Source of the DNA: the human T2T-CHM13v2.0 reference genome, Homo sapiens
Length of the DNA stretch: 64,000 nucleotides
NCBI RefSeq assembly: GCF_009914755.1
Contig: NC_060931.1
Reading direction: 5' to 3' (one strand)
Shown in pieces: positions 1 through 15,880 of this stretch (position 1 is the stretch's first letter; each line of letters starts with the position of its first letter). The notes below the pieces were generated by a model, which worked only from the letters and a program-made list of their open reading frames with translations, had not been told where the DNA came from and did not search any database. Position numbers and translations under genes: made by a program.

Positions 1-1710
<1,710 letters not shown>

Positions 1711-4700
1711 CTTATTTTTCTAGTTTCTTAAGGTGAAAACAAAGGTTATTTATTTGAGAGGTCTTGCTTTTGCCACTGTAAGTATTTATTGTTATAAATA
1801 CACCCTAATAATACTTTACTGGCATACCAAAACGAATGTGTTGTATTTTAATTTTCATTAAGCTAAAATGCATTTCAGTTTCTCTGTTGATATTGTCTTT
1901 GACTTATGAGTTTTTAGAAGAATGGTTTTTTTAAATTTTGATATACTTTTGTTTTTTCTTTTTGTTATTGATAGTCTATTATATTAATAATTTCACTGTG
2001 GTCAGAGAACATTCTTTGTATTGTGAATTATTTTATGACCCAGAATATGGTCTGTCATGGTAAATTTTTTGTGCGCTAGTAAGGAATCTGTATTCTACTG
2101 TCTTTGGGGATAATATTCCAAAAAGTTTATTTAGATCAACTTGGTGGGTACTGTTCCTCACATCTTTTATATTTGTACTGATTTTCTGCCTACTTTTCCC
2201 ATCAATTATTGAGAAAGAGGTATTAAAATCCTGGCCTGTATTTATTTGTTTGTTCATTTCTTGTTGAAGTTCTATCAGTGTTTCTTTACATAATTTGAAG
2301 CTCCAGAAAGCATTTAGGATTGGCATGTTATCTTTTTGAATTGACCTTTTTATTAATTCCATGTTACCTTATTTTTGGTTCTTAGTAATACTCTGTTTTG
2401 AAATCTACTTTGTTGTTAATGTAGTCACCATTGTTTTCTTTTTATTAGTGTTAGTACAGTATGTTTTTTTATAATACTCTTTTAACGTATTTGTTACTTT
2501 ATATTTGTAATACATTTTTGTAGACAGCATGTAGTTGAGTTTTGCTATTTTTATTCAATATAACCTCCTCTTTAATTTGTACATAGACACTATTTATATT
2601 TAGTGTGATTTATCCAAATAATTAGGTATAAATATTGCTTTTTAAAAAATATTTGTCTCTATAGGTTTTTGGGTTTTTTTCCATTCTTCCTGTTCTCCTT
2701 TTAGATTAAATATTTTAGGGTCTCATTTTTCTCTCATTGACTTATTGTCATTTTCTCTCTCTCTTTTTATTTTACCTGACGTTTTCTGATTTATAGTTAT
2801 CTATCACAGTCTAACGATAAGTGACACTGTACTAACATTAGGTAAGAACCTTAAAATAGTACACTAAAATTTTTCCTCTCCTGAATGTTTTACTTTCATG
2901 TTAAAAGTTCCACACTATTTACATCTTTTTGTTTATAAACAGCGAATAATATTTTAAAGATATTTAAATAAAAATATATTTACATAAAAATATTTAAATA
3001 AAAATATTTAAATAAAAAAATAAAATATTTAAATAAAAATATTTTATATTTACATAAAAATATTTTTAAAAATTACATAAAAATATTTAAATATAGATAT
3101 TTAAATAAAACTATAAACCCTTATATTTTTACTGATGGGCTACCATTTCTCATGTTCTTCTTTCCTTTGGGTAGATCCATATTTGATTTGGTGTCAATTT
3201 CCTTCCTCTAGGATGATTGCCCTTAATATTCCTTGTAGTGTAGGTGTGCTGATAATAAATTTGTTAAGCTGTTATACATCTAATAATTACAACCTTATTT
3301 TACATTTATTTTTGAAAGGTATTTTTACTAGACATTGAATTCTTGGTTTGTAGATTCTTTTATTTCAGTATTTTTAAAATGTTGTTCTACTGACTTTTTA
3401 TATCTTTGTCTGGTAAGAACTCTGCTATCATTTATCTGCTATTTATTCATCTGTAGATCATGTGTCTTTTGTTTTCCCAGAAACTTTAGTAATTTTTTTT
3501 TTCACTGACTTTTGCTGTCTAATTAGAATGTGTCTTTAATTAGTTTTCTTTGTATTTCTGCACTTGAGCTTTCTTGTATTATTCGGATCTGTGGATTTAC
3601 AGCTTTCATGAAATTTGGGAAAAAATGCATATTATTTTGTTAAATATTTGTTCTGCAACTCTTTCTCATATCTCTTTCACATTAAGTATATTAAGCTGCT
3701 TAAAGTTACTGCACAGCTTTCTGAGGCCTTTTAACTCTTTGAGTTTTATTTTATATAGTTTCTATAGTTATATCTTCATGTACACTATTCATTTTTTGGC
3801 AACATCTACTCTGTCTTTATTTCAGTCATTATATTTACCATCTCATATATTGTAGTTATTACAACTTATATCTAGAATTTATATTTGCATTTTTTTTACC
3901 TTTCAGGACTCTTTAAATTTTTGATCCTTTGGAGTACAATTATACTTACTATTTCAATATTCTTGTCTGCTAATTCTAACATTTCTATCAGTTCTTATTA
4001 GTTTTCAATTAATTGAGCTTTTTTTCTTCATTTTGGGTCACATTGTCCTACTTTCCTTGCATGTCATATTGAATGTCCTTCATTGTGAATTTTACCATGT
4101 TGGGTGCTAGATATTTTTGTATGCCTATACATTTTCTTAAGTTTTTCTGAGACTCATTTATGTTACTTAAAAGCAGTTTCATCCTGTCACATCTTGTTTT
4201 TACCTATTGTTCAATGGGACCAGAGCACTACTCAGTCTAAGGTTCGTTATTTCCTAACACTGAGACAATATCCTCTTTGTAATCTACCTAATGCCTTGTG
4301 GCTTGTGAGGTTTTGCGGTCTGAATAATTAGAACATCACAATTCCCAGACATGTATGTGTGCTGGCTACTGTTTCCTCCTCAGGATTCTGGAGTTCTTTC
4401 TGTGTGCAGTTTCCTCTTCTCTGATAGTCGGTCCTATGATCCCTACCTTCTCCTTTGCCTCCCTGGAATCTCAACTCTGCACCTTCAACTCAATAAATTT
4501 TCCAAACTTGAGCCATTGCCTAAAAACTCTCTCAAGACAGTAAGCTAGGATAATCATATGGCTCACTTTGTTTGTTTATCATTTCCTAGGGAATGTTGCC
4601 TGATGTCTGTTCATACCCAATGTCTAGTGTCTATTGTTATGTAATATATGTGTTCTTTCTGTTTGTTTGTTTTTAAGGGAGAGGTCCTTATTTGTTTTTT
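1711..4700 (-). mobile_element. Older degraded LINE-1 (L1M/L1ME-like), endonuclease region and upstream fragments
   Basis: Minus ORF 2033-2362 (GQDFNTSFSIIDGKSRQKI...VDL...KTVEYRF) resembles the L1 endonuclease GDFNTPLS motif; T-rich antisense L1 texture continues to ~4.7 kb; boundaries approximate. Confidence 0.7.
2957..3110. repeat. AT-rich minisatellite-like tract of AAAATATTTA(A/C)ATA units
   Basis: Repeated aaaatatttaaataaaaat / atatttacataaaaa units seen directly. Confidence 0.85.
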
Positions 4701-5559
4701 TTTCCAGTTGAAAGGATAAGTCCATTTATCTATTTTTTAAAGCAGCAAATAAAACTGGAGAACAAGATCTTACATAAATGCTGACAGACCCAGGCCTGTT
4801 GGGAAAAGCATTAACAATGAAAAATATCCTAAGACAGAGCTAGGTTAGAATCTAAGATTTATATCCTGGACAAGTTATTTAATCTCATATAGACTCAATT
4901 TTCTCATCACATGTAAAGTGTCTAGCAGGGTAGTATTAACAGTGGCTTAACAAATTACAAGTGATGTATCCTTCATTGTTTTGTATAATGTCACCTTTGA
5001 TAAACAATTGAATAAGCATATTCTTTTAATTATAGAAACTAAGTCCCTTAATTCTGTAGCCTAATCCACTGTACCTCTTCAGAAATTGTAAGAAACAATA
5101 GCTTTATATGTGTCTCTTGAGTATATGTGTTTGATAGATTTATTTTCCAATTTATATACCTTTGACAGAAATGTTTATATTCTCTCTTGAAGATTTGCCC
5201 ATTAAAAGCCCCATTTCCTACTCTCCTTAAATTTACTCTTCTAAAGTCATATAAGATTTTGTATCTTAAGGCAGGGCAGATTGTCCAGTGAACTTGCCCT
5301 AGCCATTCATGCCTCAGAGGTTTTAGTCTGTCTGTTGAGCAACTACAGAACTTCTCCTCCTCCCCCGCCTCATAAATTATGCTTCCTTCGTAACCCTGAC
5401 CAAGATCACTTTTCCCATGAAACACTTGATTATCATGTTCAAACTTTCTTTAAATTCTTTGCTTCTCTCACACAGTCAGTACGACACATTCTAGCATTTA
5501 TATCTACATATTTGTTCACTCATGGCTCTTTTCTTTAGGATATAGGACCCTGCATAGAT

Positions 5560-6080
5560 AAAAATGAGAGTGATCTGTTCAATTATCATGAGTCCAGATA
5601 GTTGGGAAAAGGTGAAGAGATTGTTTTTTGGTCAAAGACCCCAAGGAAATGGGCTAGGCAATTTCTGTGCCAAGGCTGAAGGCAGCTAGAACATCCTAAG
5701 CCTGTCTGCTTAGATCTAACTTGTCTTGCCAACTCCTCTCATACCTATTTAGCCTCCCTCATTTCATTAATATTTACCATCCTGCAAAAATCCAGTATCC
5801 AACAACCTCTCTATACCTAATAGAGATAGTGAGCTTTGCCACCGTGGTCAAAGCTCAATCATCTCTTGGTTGGATGGTGACGATATCCAAACAGCTGGTC
5901 CTAGCCCTGCCTTTGTTTTTGTTTCAACATAGAGTGCAGGAAAATCTCACTTAAAGTAAGGCCAACCTTGTTAGTTGTCTGCTCAGGGATCACCTATGGC
6001 TTCTCATCTCACTCTGAGTAGATCAGAACAGTGTCTGCTGGATTGTGAGAACTCAATAAATATGTGTTGAATGATTAAAT
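5560..6080 (+). mobile_element. L2 fragments
   Basis: L2-like tail actcaataaatatgtgttgaatgattaaat at ~6050-6080 and cacctatggcttctcatctcactctgagta. Confidence 0.5.
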
Positions 6081-7447
6081 GGTGTAATTGAATATGCAGT
6101 GGACAGCTTTTGTACTCTCCCAGATTGGGGGACTCTAAGTTTCTAGCTAATTCCACTTAATTCCTCTCAGGCATGTGTGGGTAGCTTTTCCTTTCTTACA
6201 GCCTCATTTATGGATTTCCATAGCCTTCCTTTAGTCTTCAAGAGCTAAAAATTCCCAGGGTTGTCAAATTGGAGGTTGTCTGAGACCAGTCAGAGCAGGT
6301 ACCAATGAACTTCAAGGCCACAGAGCATCACTCCCATCAGAAAGTCACAGGATACTTGTTAGTATGTTGCCATTGTCAGAGGAAGAGCTTTGGTGAATCA
6401 CAATTGGAAGTTCAGATGATACATGGCATAGATAATAAATGATATTCTTAAAGGAAGGCTAGATGGCCTGTTGGTCCTAACTGGGTTTGCACACAGTTCT
6501 TGGTGGCTAGCAACAGAATGTGCTCACTGGAGTAAGGGCTGGAAATAGTGAATGCTATCTCAATTTCCTACCACACCACATGGTACTTTCAGGTCTGGTT
6601 TCCTCATCTCAGCCCTCAAAAATTGCACCCTCTCTGCTTTCCTTCTCACTTACCCTAGAAAGTCTATTCTATTCTTACAAATAGGAAGACTTGCTTTTAC
6701 TCATCAAATGTTTTACTCTCTCTTTGTCCATACATTTGAGATCCTTTCTTTTATATCAGAGAATAAAACTTTTAAAAGGTGAACACCAAGGGTTGACTCC
6801 TCTTTTCTATTTTCTGTTGGGTTATCTTTTCCATGGAATTCTAGAAAATTTAACAAGCAGATGAATGGCCTAGGGATTAGAGAAAATTAATGGGTTTTTT
6901 TTTCATGTTTTTTTCCTTGCAAGGAACAATTTATTTTCTAATAATTCTCTGACAATGTTTCTAAAAGTGGCGTTCAGATCACTTGAATAAGAATCATCTG
7001 TGGTCTGGAGATCCTGCTGCAGACATTTTGAATTAAAATTTCTGAGAATGAGCTCTGAAATTCTAATTTAAAGAAGAAGGAAAAAGAGAAGAAAGGAAAA
7101 AGACTGTGATCATTTATGTAACATCATTTTTCCTTATATGAAGGCTTCCTTCTTGAAGCTTCTCATATCTGAGAGTTAGCTCATCCTTCCATCCCAAAAC
7201 AACTTTTTCATTTAGTTTCTGTTATTCACTTCTCTCACTTTTTAATTCTCCTATTAAATAGCCTTGCCTTCTAGATTCCACTACTGGCTCCTCTTCTACT
7301 AATCATTAATGGTGGAACACCTGAAAGTATCCATTTTGAGACATTTTTTTTCTTCTCCACATTCTCTCCCTAGACTACATCATACAACAACCTAGTGTTT
7401 TTTTTTTCCTCTGTGACTTCCTCTACACTGATTTTCATACTCATTTT

Positions 7448-7780
7448 GTAACCTTAAGAGGTTCCTTGCCTGAAGCACATGGGAAATCAACATGTAGAGA
7501 CAACAGCAGAGAAAAGATTAATTGTAGGGATGCTGGATGAGGATACAGAGGAAACCTCAACTCCATCTCCTCAAGGAGTTTGGAGAGAGGGGTTTTAGGG
7601 GTTTTAGACTTGGTTGAAGAGTGGAAATCATTGATTGGTTGAAGAGTAGGGTGAAGTCATAGGATAGAAGGCTGAAGAAACTGTTTTCTCATGCTGATTT
7701 TTTCCTCTGTAAAGAGGTCTTCAGACTGGTTGGCATCAGCTGTTTCACTGGAATTTGGGGTCTGGAAAACATTTTAAGCA
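7448..7780 (-). mobile_element. ERV1 LTR fragment (MER31/MER4-group-like)
   Basis: Starts tgtaacc; contains aacctcaactccatctcctcaaggagtttgg, gattggttgaag and ggtcttcagactggttggcatcagc, resembling MER4-group LTRs; subfamily uncertain. Confidence 0.5.
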
Positions 7781-10339
7781 AAAAAAAAAAAAGAAAAGAA
7801 AAAAAGCCTGTTTTTTCAAATTTTATTTTTCTTACCATACATGTTGAACATGAAGCATTAATATCAGATCCAGCATTGAGTAGTACTAATGCCAGTTCAT
7901 GCCAGTGTTCTATAAAATGGATATTTTATCTTGACCTTTAAAGGAAGTTGGTAAAAATGTAAACAAATCAGGAGTTTTCCTTCTTTTCATAGCTTTATAA
8001 TTTACAAAATCCAAAACATGGAAGTGTGGCATAATGTGACTAGGAAAAGTTACATGAGAAAGATGGGTGGTTAGGGTCAGGGCAAGGCTTCTAATCCTAT
8101 AGGATAGCTCTGCAAATAAATAGCCAAACATTTAAATCATTATACGCAAGGAAGAGAGGCTAACCAGGCTCTATCGTAGTGGTTAATATTCATATAGGGA
8201 AGCTAATCCTGGGCTGTGATGCAGTAGTTGGAATTTCAAGACAGAACTGATGATTGCGGTCATACATATAGGACAGGACACCAGCCTGTGGAAGTAAATA
8301 AGGCATCAGTGTCTCAGTCTAATGGTCTGGCATTCAGCAAGCCTCAAAGTATTTTTGTTTTGTTTTGTATTTTTCCTCTTCAGGGTAGAGGGTAGTAGGA
8401 AGAGGAAGGGTATGTCCGTTAAAATACTTATCTATGTCAAGCGCTTTGCTGGATATTTTACAAAGAATATCTTATTTAATATTTATAATCAAAGGTGTTA
8501 TGAGCCTTCTTCCAGACATACCAAGCTTGAGAGAAAAAAATGTATTTTATACCTCACTTAGAGAATAAGACTTTCTTTACTTCTGTAAGGCTTAGTCAGG
8601 CAGGAACAAATTAACCCTGGGTGGACTTGAATCTGCAAGTTATGTTCTTAAGTACTTGCAGCTGAGTGGAGCCAGTGTAGCAACCAAGACACTAGGCACC
8701 CCATGATCTGGGCAAGGATCAAGCCAAAAGGATTCTGGTAGTTGCTGATTGCTTCATTGCCTCAATTTAGCTGCGGGCTTGCTTCTTTGCCTAATGGAAA
8801 GGTTATGGGCTTTGGGAGATATGACTTCATATTAAAAGCAATTTTGTTTTCCTGGATAATTTTTGATACTAGGAGAAAAATTGAATCCTTTATAGAACAG
8901 TAATGAGAATTAAATTATAACACAATAACTCATCAAAAGACTAACATTTATTAGGTTATTCCTAACTAGTCTCTTTTATTTGCCCTTCTGTGTTCCCACA
9001 AGGCCAAGCACAGAGTTTCTCAATCCCACATGCATATCAGAATCATATATGAAAGTAATTATAAAAATATGACAAAGTTATACTCCACAGGAAATCTAGC
9101 ACAGAGCCCTGAAATCTATATAATATTGGAAGATTCCTAGAGGAGATGCAAATGCAAAAGTCAGGGTTGAAATTTCCTGGCCTAGTACAATACTGAGGGC
9201 TCCATAAATGAAACATTGATTAATTGATTATGTAGTAAAAAAGCAAAGAGACATGATGAAGAATTTTGCTAACATATAACTGGAGAGACTTGTGAAGCAC
9301 ATTGTGTCTTATGTTTGAAGAAAGAATCTGGTATTTTCTAACATCATTAACTCTTGTTGTTAGCACCATTTTAGACCAGCTGCCAGGAATTTCAGCACAA
9401 AAGGATTTCTTTGTAGGCTTGGAAACTAATAATTTGAGGTAAAAACCAAGTATGTTTGCCATAACAAGGGAAGTGAAATTTCAGAAAGAAGTAGGGTTTT
9501 TTTATTGCTTTTTTTTTTTTTATCTAGATGCTATTGCTCTGATCTTAACAGCATGTGACCTTCTTCGTAACATTTGATGACCATGCTTCAAAAGAAATAA
9601 TCTAAGAAGGTGTAAAATTACATTAAAGATAGTTTAAATTAAATACAACTTTCTGTTAATCTGATACAAATACAATGTTATGATATTATTTCTTGCAAAG
9701 TCATAAATTATCAGTTGTTGACATTATGTTGAGTACTATTTTGACAAAATCTCCCTAAGTTTTCATATTCAAACCAAGCATTTTTAGGATTAGTTTAGGG
9801 AAGAGGTAGTCTTAGGTGGGTGAGTGTGAGGCTTCTAGAACATCCTTTTAGGTAGATTTCCTTAGTGCCATGATCTGGGATTTTGACTTAGTGCCCTAAC
9901 AAATAGGTGTGCCTGAATAAGTGTTAACAGATGATGAATTCAGTGAGCATAAAAGGTTCTGATTAATTATAATTGAGCTGGCCAGCTGCTGAGACAAAGA
10001 AATAGCCTTGGCCATGCGACACTGGCTTTTACAAGTTGTCATCATTTCCATGTCCGTCTCATAGCCACAGCTTACAGAATGCTGCTCAGGGGGCATTTCA
10101 GAGAGGAGCTACTGGGAATTTTAGCTTAATCTCCCACTAGATTGTCAGAGAGAGGATCAAGTCAGGACACGAAGCTTCTAGAGAATTAATGCGCCGTTCT
10201 AGGGTGAGGCAGCCTTGAGGGAGAAAGAAACAGCTCCAAAGTATCTTAGCATTGTCCTCAGAGTTTCACAAAATAATGTCTGCTGGACAAAGTAGGCCAA
10301 GGACTATTTTTATACAAGTGTCAGCTAAGAATGGTGTTT

Positions 10340-10807
10340 CACACGCACAGGCATGTTTATTGCAGCACTATTCACAATAGCAAAGACTTGGAACCAACCC
10401 AAATGCCAATCAATGATAGATTGGATAAAGAAAATGTGGCATATATACACCATGGAATACTATGCAGCCATAAAAAAGGATGAGTTCATGTCCTTTACAG
10501 GGACATGGATGAAGCTGAAAACCATTATTCTCAGCAAACTAATACAGAAACAGAAAACCAAACACCACATGTTCTCACTCATAAATGGGAATTGAACAAT
10601 GAGAACATATGGGCACAGGGAGGGGAACATCACACATCAGGGCCTGTCAGTGGGTGAGTGGCTAGAGAAGGGACAGCATTAGGAGAAATACCTAATGTAG
10701 ATGACAGGTTGATGGGTGCGGTAAACCACCATGGTGTGTGTATACCTATAACAAACCCATATGTTCTTCACATGTATTCCAGAACTTACGTATAATAATA
10801 CAAAAAC
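10340..10807 (+). mobile_element. L1PA7/L1PA8-like 3' end, 5'-truncated
   Basis: ORF 10353-10595 MFIAALFTIAKTWNQPKC...MEYYAAIKKDEFMSF is the L1 ORF2p C-terminus; 3'UTR gcattaggagaaatacctaatgtagatgacaggttgatgggtgc. Confidence 0.95.
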
Positions 10808-10809
10808 CA

Positions 10810-11030
10810 GTTAAGAGTATAGATCTTACATAAAATGTTCTTACCACCAATAAAAAAAGATGCAAGGAAACTTTTGGAGGTGATGGATATGTCTGTTACC
10901 TTGATTATGGTGATGGTTTCACAGGTGGATGCATATGTCCACCCTTCAAACTGTACATACTTAATATGCTTAGTTATTTGTATATCAATTATATCTTAAT
11001 AACGCTGTTCAAAAATAAATTTGAAAATAA
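10810..11030 (+). mobile_element. L1MB/L1MC-like 3'UTR fragment (within probable transduced segment)
   Basis: ggaaacttttggaggtgatggatatgtctgttaccttgattatggtgatggtttcacagg...tatatcaattatatcttaataa matches an old L1M 3' end. Confidence 0.8.
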
Positions 11031-14000
11031 AATTTATTTTCTCCTCTTTTAAAAAGTAAAATGTTTAATAATTATCAAGAGCATTACAAATTTCTATAAT
11101 TTATAAGAAAACTGCTTTTGTGCTGTTAATACAACCCCTTCTAAAACAAAACAAAACAAGAATGTTGTTTTAAATATTTAAAGAGTTCAAACAAACACAA
11201 AATTATTTGACAAACTGTTTGTAGCCTACGCATCCTAAAATATTCACTACTGGACCTTCACAGATAATGTCTGCCCACCTTGGTCTACCTAATCCTTGTG
11301 TGCCTTTTACTGAGTGGAGGAGGAAAAAAAATTCTTCAAGTAATCTGATGAACTTGAGATTCTCAAGTCTAGATGACAGCTGGGGTCATTTTTTTACTAC
11401 TTTAAACAATGTTTTGGCCCTCAAGTTTGTATGTATGGGTTCACACATTTGTTTATTCATTTTCTAAATTTGTTATTCAAAAGCATTGGTAGTTGGAAAT
11501 ATATGCATCTATAACTCAAAGACAACATCAGAAATATTTGAACACAGGAGAAACTAAAGAAAAATAAGGGAGAGGGAAATAATGGCATTCCCCATTACCC
11601 TTATTATTGATGTATATATAAAAATACAATTTATATATGTTCATATGTTTTTATATATGCTCATTTTATAACAGGAGCATTTATATTTATATTTATATTT
11701 ATATGATTTTATAACATCCTGGGAAATTGAATGATCTATATAAATGTTTCAAGAGATGTTAATTGTTCCCAATAATCTATATTGTCTACTGGGCATATTA
11801 TGGAGGTTTGTTATTAAAATACTTACAAATAGATTTTTTTTTTGATTTGGGTTTTAGTTATACCCTGGGCTTTACATAACTAAAAGAAAAATATCTTCAT
11901 GGATATCATCATGAAATGCTGATTTTTGTTTTCTTCCTTTCAAATTTTCCAGTTGCATGTGACCAAAATTTGCTATATCAAACTACATTTTTGTTATTTG
12001 AACTAACAAAAATTGAAATGGCCAGATGTAAGAGTTCCCTAAAAGAAACAACCTAGTAAATGGAAAAAAAATCCAGAGTCTGGAAAATCATGCTATTGTT
12101 AGAAATAAGAAATTTTCCAGAAGGGGATTTTAAATGGATTCTATTTCTTTTTATAAAATTTGAGCAGACATGAAACACGATTCATCAATTTTACTATCAA
12201 AACCTTTCATTGCAACAGAAAATTGTTCCAAACTGTTATGATAAAGCTTTTAATAATGAATAAAATATAATGCTAAAAATATTATGTCAACAGATACAAT
12301 AAAATGGTATTCAAACCTATCATGAGTTTCAGTAAATCATCTTCACCAACTCATTTCCCTTGAATATGAGAGACGTGTGATGTCATTCTTCCCTGTGGAT
12401 GTTTTGATGGCGTGTAATAGAAAATAAGGGTGTACTAAAATTTGAGGAAAAGGCATAGCACGGTGAGGAAACTACAGACAGCAAATAACTGCATCAAATT
12501 ACACATAAGAATGAGATACATATGAGTTACAGTAAATTACAAGAAAGTAGACTGCATATAGTTGCATTATTTAAGCTGAAATATGTTAAGAAGGAGAGAA
12601 AGAAAGACTCATTGTGGTGAGGAGCTGTTAACGTACACTGGATGTGTCAAAGTCAGTTTTCGTCAAAGTCAGTTTTCAGCAAAGTCAGTTGTCAACAGGT
12701 TGTAGACTCTTTTTGTAAGTGATACAACTCTCTAGGTAGCATATAGTGAAAGAGGTAATGACACTGTAGGGGTCAAAAAAATTACTCTTAAATTTGAGTG
12801 AAAGCATCATTGTTTTGTGGTAATTTGACTGGATTATGGTAATTTGGGTTTCCTGATGGCTTAGAAGATCAGATTAATGACATAACAGGGTTTGCATTGG
12901 AAGTTTCTCAGAGCTAACACATTCTAGGTCTCCTTAGGATTTCAGTTTCCTGTCACCCTCACACTTATCAAAAGGTGTAAGAGTATTTGAGAAAATCATC
13001 CTGGACTCTTTAAAATATAAATCCTAGCAGGTATCAAACTTCATGTTTGACCTGTAGGAGATGTGGAAGTTTTCAGTAGTTTTTGCTTATATTTTTTCAG
13101 AAAGATGATAATTTATCCTGAAGACAGTTTATGGAAATAATGCAAAATTTTCCCCCAACCTTGACAAAATGTTTTTTTAATAAATGTGCTTTGATCCGTA
13201 AAAGGTCCTCCAAACTAGTCTTCTTTTATATAAACGTATATGCAAAGAAGGTTATTCTTATATTGTGTTTTACATATATTATGTATTATTATTATCTATA
13301 TATTACATTTCTATTAAATGGTCCACTGTCAAGAGGAGTTTGTGACTTCTCTGAAAACTGATAAAACTAGGCCCAAGAACTGCCTTCATTTATATTCTCT
13401 CATGAAACATATTCTATCCATGAACTTAGTGTCAGCTTCTAGAAATTACTGTGTTACAGAAGTGCTAAAAGATATCTATGGATCTAATTACATAAACCCT
13501 ATAGTCACATTTTTTAAAGTCGTCACTGTATTGTTGCAATAGAAGCTTTATTAATTGAAGTGAATAAATGAGCATTATCTAAAAGTTATCTAAACATTTT
13601 CAACCAGTTCTCCTTAGTGGCATAATTGCAGAAAATCTTAACACTTGGAGAAAGCTAAAGCAGACATTTCTTGACTTCAAAAACATTCCATTTCTATATT
13701 CAAAATATAGCCAACTTTTCAAAAATTTAATCTTGTTGTGCTGTTTTATATCTATCAAGAACCAATTATGGTAAGGGTTACCACTAAGGAAAGAATGGTG
13801 TGTGGAAGAGGGAGCAAGAGCTGAGAGAGTTTCTCCGAATCAAATTTCAGATTTCTGTGACATACATGTGTGAAATTCCACAGAAGTCTTTTTGATTACT
13901 ACAGATTTTCAGTCTTTATTTCTGACATGAAATTAGAAAACTAAGAATGTAAAGCATATCACTTTGAAAATAAAGCTGTCGGCTGTTATGAAAATAAAAT

Positions 14001-15734
14001 CTGTGCCGTAATAATACTCCTGGGTTATTTTTTTTAATGATGCTGTCAATATGTAAAGTGTAGTTAGCAGCACACATTTAATTTACTTTGTAGAGATTTT
14101 ATCACCTCTGTTACCATAATATATCTTGCATCCCTGTTTAACGATTTTTATTTGTTTGATGCATTCATACAATACAGTTGGGGCTTAGAGAACAGTCTTT
14201 GTCTAAATAATTATGTATCTGGGTAAGAAAAGTATCATACTATTTGAATCATTTGCTTATGATTTTACAAGAATGTAGCATCCCTACTAAATGGTAGGTA
14301 TTGGGCCAGGGGTTTTCACATATTTTGCCTAATTTTATCATCAATATACCTTTTGGAGATGGACATCTCATTATTTCCTGTGAGGAAACTCAAACTCAGA
14401 GAAGTAATGCCCTAATAAATGGCATTGCCTAGATTCAATAGCAAATCTTTAAACCTGGTGCTATTTTCATGATTTCATAATAATCCACAATAGATTGAAA
14501 ATAAGTAATAAATGAATTGCTGCAGTTGCTGCAAGCCTCATGTCTTTAGATGAAAGATAAGTGATTGAATTTCCCAAGAGGAGAAGAGAAATTCTCTCTT
14601 AATTGTCCTTGAATGAAGGAAACATTTTGTTCCATGATCTAATGAATATCTTATACGGGAAAACTTTCTCAGGTTGTAGGGTGTGATTCCAGCCAAACGG
14701 GGCCTAATGAGGCTCCAGAAAGCAAGAGGCAAGAGATTGCAGTAAATTATAACAAGATAACAGGGCAGACCTTCATATGGTCATGAAGAGTGTTTACCAC
14801 CAGGAAAGATGGGAGATTTAGTTGTTGTAGTTGGCCATGTTACCAAATGAGCATTGTTTGTACAGCTGTGATCATTTCCCTGATGTAGTCAGACCAGGAT
14901 GTCCCCATTCTTGGCAGATAATTAGTAGTTGCAGATGACAAACTTTCACCTTATCTTCCCCAAGCTGTACTGGAAAGACATTCAGAACGCCCAGTGAATT
15001 TAGAGAAAATGCACTTCTCAGTTAAATAGCCCTTGTGACGTTCTATGATATATCACAGCAATTTGTGGAAACAATTAATTGCAGATGCATCTACTTGTCT
15101 CTGGAAATAAAAGGAAGAAAATATTCACCAGGGCTACTGAGTGATGTAACATAAATTACACATATTAAGTATCTTTAGGTACCCCAGTTTAAGGACCTCC
15201 TTGGTGCTTCCGGAGAATCAGCTACATTCTTTTAGGCAGGATCCCATCTGAACTCTCTCTGCTGAAATTATGTTTGTAGCTCTAATGGATTTGTTCAATT
15301 CACTGCTGGACAGGAACTGAAAAGCTGATGAAAACTGTATCATTTTCAATTTTTAAAATGGCTTTTAGGTCCATGCTAATAAATTTTGAATCCATAGTTC
15401 TTAAGTTTTGGTTTAAGCACATAATTCTTATTTTGTTTACTGTCTCAAGTCTTAGTATAAAATGCTATGCTCATGATTCTAGGCCCTAAAGAAAAATTAC
15501 CTGTCAGCTTGAATTAAAAGTAGTTTTTCAAAAATATTTTAAGAAAAACCTCTCGTTCAAAAGTACTAAACAACCACAAACCTTTTGTTCACATATTTTT
15601 AAATGTACAGAGGGAGATAAAAAGCAATGAAGAATATACATTTCCATTTATTTATTACTCTCTATATTACTATTTTTAAGAACTTTGTTATAAATACTGC
15701 TCTACGTAAAAATGATGGAAAATACTTACTAGAG

Positions 15735-15880
15735 GGTAGCATGGTATAGCACAATATGCAATGCATCAGGCTTGGGTAGCTCTAGGCTAATTTTTGTTGC
15801 TCCTCGGTTATAAGTCTGAACATGTCATTTAAGGTGTTTCGTTTTCCCATTTATAAAGTGGGAATAAGAAAATCTAATCC
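15735..15880. mobile_element. MIR fragment
   Basis: gggtagcatggtatag...gtttcgttttcccatttataaagtgggaataag core MIR-like sequence. Confidence 0.55.

Noticed and set aside
5048-5425. 125-aa minus-strand ORF
   Set aside because: No recognisable homology; the length is compatible with chance in 64 kb.
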